A stretch of 64,000 nucleotides of DNA. Source: Trueperaceae bacterium. Its GTDB lineage: Bacteria; Deinococcota; Deinococci; Deinococcales; Trueperaceae. The translations under genes and the position numbers were made by a program. The stretch spans positions 96,001 to 160,000 of the forward strand of contig JAXHNB010000002.1 of the NCBI GenBank assembly GCA_034520945.1, read 5' to 3'. Below the pieces are notes generated by a model, which had not been told where the DNA came from, did not search any database, and saw only the letters and a program-made list of their open reading frames with translations. Shown one piece after another: positions 59,699 through 64,000 of this stretch (position 1 is its first letter; each line of letters opens with the position of its first letter).

Positions 59699-60522
59699 AT
59701 GAACGTTCAATACGATTTTTCGGGACGCGTCGTGATCGTGACGGGCGCGGCACGCGGCGTCGGTCGGGCCATGGTGGGACAGTTCGCGGGCGCGGGCGCC
59801 AAAGTGATCGCGGCCGACCGTGACGCCGAGGGCCTCCAGGGAACGGTCGAGGGCCTGGGCGACGCGGCCGTCGCCGTAACCGGCGACGTGCGCGAGGTCG
59901 AGGGCGCGAAGACCATCGTGCAGTCGGCCTTCGACCACTTCGGTCGGCTCGACGTGTGCGTCAACAACGCGGCCGTCGCCCCGCACGCGGCCCTGCTGGA
60001 CGAGAGCGTCGAGGTGTGGGACACCGTGTACGCCGTCAACTGCCGGGGCACGTTCCTGATGACGCAGGCGGCGGGGCGGGCGCTGCGCGATCAGGGCGAA
60101 GGGGGCCGCATCATCAACTTTTCTTCCGGCGTCTCCAACCGGGGTCGGCCGGCGCAGCGTCCTACGCCAGCAGTCGCGCCGCCACCGAGAGCTTCACGCG
60201 GGTGGCCGCGATCGAGTTGGCCGTGCACGACATCCTGGTCTCGTGCGTCAGCCCGGGGCTGATCGACACGCAACCGAAGCCGCTTCCCCCCGGCATGAAG
60301 GAGGGCCTCGCCAAGCGCATCCCCACCCTGCCGCTGGCCCGCGCGGGCGAACCCGAAGAGGTCGGGAACCTCGTCATGTGGCTCGCGTCCGACGCATCCA
60401 GCTACGTCCTCGGCCACGTCTACGAGGTCGACGGCGGGGCAGGCGTCGGAGCGCGCGCGGGGCACGAGATCGTCGACGAGGACATCCGGTACGACTGGGT
60501 GACGGGGCGGACGCGCTCGTAG
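59699..60522 (+). CDS. Short-chain dehydrogenase/reductase, frameshifted at 60141-60144
   Basis: TGAARGVG, NNAA, IINFSS in one frame; YASSR, VSPGLIDT, GEPEEV, VDGG in another. One extra G in GGGG restores the frame. Confidence 0.88.
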
Positions 60523-60551
60523 CGCGCTGCGGCGCACCAAGGCCATGCGCC

Positions 60552-60608
60552 TTGACCGCGCCGCCGCCGACTGCCTATATTGGGGCCACCGGACAAAACG
60601 TAGTTTCA
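60552..60608 (+). promoter_or_regulatory. Sigma70 promoter of the peptide ABC operon with a second IclR-type operator
   Basis: TTGACC-18 nt-TATATT (60552-60581); CAAAA-CGTAG-TTTCA at 60594-60608. Confidence 0.7.
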
Positions 60609-60670
60609 CTTTCTGCGTCCGGTGGTCCGTTCAAGTCCCCGTCCCGCCCCCGTTCCTTAGGAGGAAATCC

Positions 60671-62243
60671 ATGAAGATGCGCACCGCTTTGGGCGCTCTG
60701 GCGGCCGTGATGTTCTTGCTCGGCAGCGCGTTCGCGCAGCAATCCACGCTGACGATCGCCCGCCCCGATGACATCCGCGCCATGAACCCGATCCGCCAGG
60801 CCAACAACGCCACCTCTCAGGTCACCTACCAGGTGCACGAGGGGCTGGTCACGATGAACCCGGAGCAGGAGCTTCAGCCCGTGCTTGCCACGGACTGGGA
60901 ACTGCTCGAAGACGACGTGACCTGGCGCATCAGCCTGCGCGAAGGGGTCACCTTCCACAGCGGCGAGCCGTTCACCGCCGAAGATGTGAAGTGGAACTTC
61001 GAGCGGCAGCTCGACCCCGACGACCCCGGCATCGCGGCCGGTCTGATCCCGCCCGTCGCAGAGATCGAGATCATCGACGACCACACCCTCGACGTGACCC
61101 TGGAAGAGCCGAACGGCGTATTCATGAACGTCCTGGGCGCGCCCCTGTTCATGATCGTGGATCCGACCCGCTACCAAGAAGTCGGTGATGAAAACTACGG
61201 CAACAATCCCAGCGGCACGGGTGCCTTCGAATTCGCGGAGTGGACCCCCGATCAGCGCGTCATCCTCGAAGCGAACGAAGACTACTGGGGCGAGCCCGGC
61301 GCCGAGGTCGATCGCGTCGTGTTCGAAGTGATGCCCGAGCAGAGCAGCCGCATCATCGCGCTCCGCAACGGCGAGGTCGACATCGCCTTCGCCGTGCCGG
61401 CCGAAGAGATGGAATCGTTCGACGAGAACCCCGACTTCAATGCCATGCGGACGCCGACCATGCGCGTGATGTGGATCGGTGTCAACACCGCGCATCCAAG
61501 GCTCCCGACGCCCGTCCGCCGCGCCATGGCTCACGCCATCGACAAGGAGACGATGATGAACGTCGTCGGCGACAACGGCGTGCTCGCCACCGGCATCGGC
61601 ATGCCCAGCGCCTTCGGCTTCTTCGAGTCCGACTGGGCGTACGATCCCGAGGCCGCCCGCGAGATCCTGCACACGAATGGCTGGACGGCAGGCGACGACG
61701 GTGTCATGACCAAGGACGGGATGCGGCTCGAGTTCGACATCTTGGCCCGCGGGTCCTACCCCGGTGAGATCGAAGGCCTGCAGGTCGTTCAGCTCCAGCT
61801 GCGCGAGGTCGGCATCGCGCTGAACATCGAGCGGGTCGAAAGCGGTGCCTGGTTCGCGGCGCTCGACGAGGGCGCGAGCGGTGCGGACGAAAACGGCGGC
61901 TACCCCGACTACGAGCTGTGGACCGCGGCCAGCGGCATCCGTACCGGTGAGGTCGGCTACATCACCGAACGTCCCAAGTGCGACCAGGGCGGCCGCAACT
62001 GGGAGCGCTACTGCAACCCCGACTACGACGAGGCATTTCGAGACCTCGCAGGCCCCGCTGCCCGAGGAGGAGCGACTCGAGGGCTACCGGACGATGGCCG
62101 AGTTGTTCCACAACGACGCCTTGCGTATTCCGCTGTTCGTGATTCAGAACAACACCGTCACCAGCGACGACGTCGAAGGCTTCGTGGTCAACCCGAACGA
62201 CAGCCTGAACCTCAAAGGCGTCTCGGTCTCGTCGAGCGACTGA
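60671..62243 (+). CDS. Peptide/nickel ABC transporter substrate-binding protein (family 5), frameshifted near 62037
   Basis: Signal peptide ending AFAQ, LREGVTFHSG.PFTAEDV, GTGAF, VRRAMAHAID. Removing one T from TTT (62036-62038) joins the C-terminus ending at 62243. Confidence 0.9.
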
Positions 62244-62260
62244 GCGCACCGAACCAGGAA

Positions 62261-62291
62261 CGTGGGGGCCGCCGTCACGGCGGCCCCCACG
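62261..62291 (+). terminator. Intercistronic stem-loop after the SBP gene
   Basis: Perfect 14-bp stem CGTGGGGGCCGCCG-tca-CGGCGGCCCCCACG, no U-tract. Confidence 0.65.
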
Positions 62292-62314
62292 CCTCCTAGG
62301 GCGCGCCTACCCCT

Positions 62315-63235
62315 ATGTTCGTCTTCATCTTGCGAAGGCTGGCGCAGGCCGTACCCGTGCTGCTCGGCGTGCTGGTGATCGCCTTCCTGGTCACCCGCTT
62401 CACGCCCGGCGACCCCGCACGCATCATGGCAGGGGCGGAAGCCAGCGAAATTGCCGTGCAGGCGATGCGGGAACGCCTGGGCCTCGACCAACCCGGCTAT
62501 GTTCAGTTCTTCCTCTACCTAGGCCGCGTCCTTCAAGGCGACCTCGGCAGCTCGTATCACTTGGGCCGTGACGTAGTGAGCCTTCTCCAAGACGCCCTGC
62601 CGCGCACGGCCAGCCTGGCGGTGATCGCGCTGATCGTCACCGCGTCGGTCGGCATTCCCACGGGCATCGTGTCCGCCATCCGCAAGGACACCTGGTGGGA
62701 TGCCCTCGCCCGCTTCGGGGCGTTGCTCGGCGTGTCGATCCCGGCCTTCTTCGCGGGGCTGCTGATGATCCTATTGTTTTCGTACTACCTGGGCTGGTTT
62801 CCGTCGTACGGGAGCGGCAGCATCCGCCACGTCATCCTCCCCGGCATCACGCTGGGCCTGTTCTCGACAGGGCTGGTGGCACGCCTCACCCGCGCCTCGA
62901 TGCTGGACATCATGGGCCAGGACTACGTGCGAACGGGACGTGCGAAAGGACTGGGCGAACGCATCGTGATCTTCAAGCACGCGCTCCGGAACGCCTCGAT
63001 CTCCATCGTCACCATCATGGGGCTGCAGCTCGGGAGCCTGTTGTCCGGTTCGGTCCTCACGGAGACCGTGTTCGCCTATCCCGGGATCGGCCGCCTGCTG
63101 GTGCGCAGCATCTTCGAGCGTGACTATCCCGTCGTGCAGGGTGTGATCCTGCTGATCGCCCTGATCTATCTCATCGCCAACCTTCTCGTCGACATCACCT
63201 ACGCGGCGGTCGACCCACGGATTCGGTACTCATGA
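62315..63235 (+). CDS. Peptide ABC transporter permease (DppB/OppB-like)
   Basis: PGDPA, GLDQP..VQ, GDLGSS, DYVRTGRAKGL, KHALRN, RDYPVVQG, DPRIR. Confidence 0.94.
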   Translation: MFVFILRRLAQAVPVLLGVLVIAFLVTRFTPGDPARIMAGAEASEIAVQAMRERLGLDQPGYVQFFLYLGRVLQGDLGSSYHLGRDVVSLLQDALPRTASLAVIALIVTASVGIPTGIVSAIRKDTWWDALARFGALLGVSIPAFFAGLLMILLFSYYLGWFPSYGSGSIRHVILPGITLGLFSTGLVARLTRASMLDIMGQDYVRTGRAKGLGERIVIFKHALRNASISIVTIMGLQLGSLLSGSVLTETVFAYPGIGRLLVRSIFERDYPVVQGVILLIALIYLIANLLVDITYAAVDPRIRYS

Positions 63236-64000
63236 GCAACAATCCCCTCCTGCGCGAGATCCGCGTCAGCCCCATCGCACGTACCAGCGTCATCGTGGGT
63301 CTGATCTACGTTTTCATCGCGATTCTGGGGCCCTACCTGGCGCCGTACGACCCCACCGCCATGACGACCCTCCCTCGGCAGGCCCCCAGCGTGGAGCACT
63401 GGTTCGGCACCGACGAGATCGGCCGCGACATCTTCAGCCGCCTGCTGGTCGGAACGCGGACGGCGCTCATCGTGGGCTTCATCGCTGTGGGGATCGGCCT
63501 TTCCATCGGCGGCGTGATCGGCATCGTCGCGGCCTACTTCGGTGGCTGGCTCGAAATGTTGCTGATGCGCTTCGTCGACATCCTGCTGGCGTTCCCAGGG
63601 CTGTTGTTGGCGTTGGCGGTGATCACCTTCCTGGGCCCCGGCTTGACGAACACCATGATCGCGATCGGCATCGGCGGCATCCCCGGCTACGCGCGCTTGA
63701 TCCGGGGCGAGGTGCTCTCCCTGCTCGAACTGGACTACGTCTCCGCCGCCCGAGGCCTCGGTGCGCGTGATGGACGCATCATCGTGCGCCATCTGTTGCC
63801 CATGGCGATCTCGCCGATGCTGGTGTACTCCACCGCGCAGCTTGCGCGCGCGGTGCTGGCAGAGGCCGGCCTCAGCTACCTCGGGTTGGGCGTTCAGCCC
63901 CCGGACCCCTCTTGGGGCGGGATGATCGCATCGGGCCAGCGCTACATCTTCGACGCGCCCTATATGGCGATCTTTCCCGGCTTGGCCATCATCGTCCTGG
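63232..64000 (+). CDS. Peptide ABC transporter permease (DppC/OppC-like), runs off the window
   Basis: ATG at 63232; APYDP, HWFGTDEIGRDIFSR, DYVSAARGLG, RHLLP, LSYLGLGVQPP.PSWG. Confidence 0.92.
   Translation, partial: MSNNPLLREIRVSPIARTSVIVGLIYVFIAILGPYLAPYDPTAMTTLPRQAPSVEHWFGTDEIGRDIFSRLLVGTRTALIVGFIAVGIGLSIGGVIGIVAAYFGGWLEMLLMRFVDILLAFPGLLLALAVITFLGPGLTNTMIAIGIGGIPGYARLIRGEVLSLLELDYVSAARGLGARDGRIIVRHLLPMAISPMLVYSTAQLARAVLAEAGLSYLGLGVQPPDPSWGGMIASGQRYIFDAPYMAIFPGLAIIVL

Overview
High-GC bacterial DNA, most consistent with Deinococcota (Trueperaceae-like). That assignment is inferred from repeated TANNNT boxes 6-7 nt before start codons, AxAQ signal peptides and a STAND/TPR protein, not from a marker gene. 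The window holds about 60 genes. In order: a sugar-acid (KDG/KDPG) uptake and catabolism operon; a three-domain copper nitrite reductase (nirK); an aminotransferase and an acetamidase; a globin-coupled stressosome operon (rsbR, rsbS, an RsbT-PP2C fusion, a hybrid histidine kinase); PspC, STAND and an ABC exporter; a group 3b [NiFe]-hydrogenase operon with an embedded cNMP-binding protein; ppsA; a complete V/A-type ATPase operon ending in a universal stress protein; nitroreductase and MoeA; MMPL; several hydrolases; an orphan N-ATPase AtpR-like gene beside an IS5 remnant; and an IclR-linked SDR plus peptide ABC transporter locus. The best candidate for an undescribed system is a putative O2-sensing stressosome with no stand-alone RsbT, feeding a sensorless hybrid kinase/Hpt. 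It lies among low-oxygen energy genes, two of which (nirK and the ATPase operon) carry a similar motif at identical spacing from a -10 box. Four genes have frameshifts, three of them in short homopolymers, which are probably sequencing errors. No rRNA, tRNA or CRISPR array was seen.
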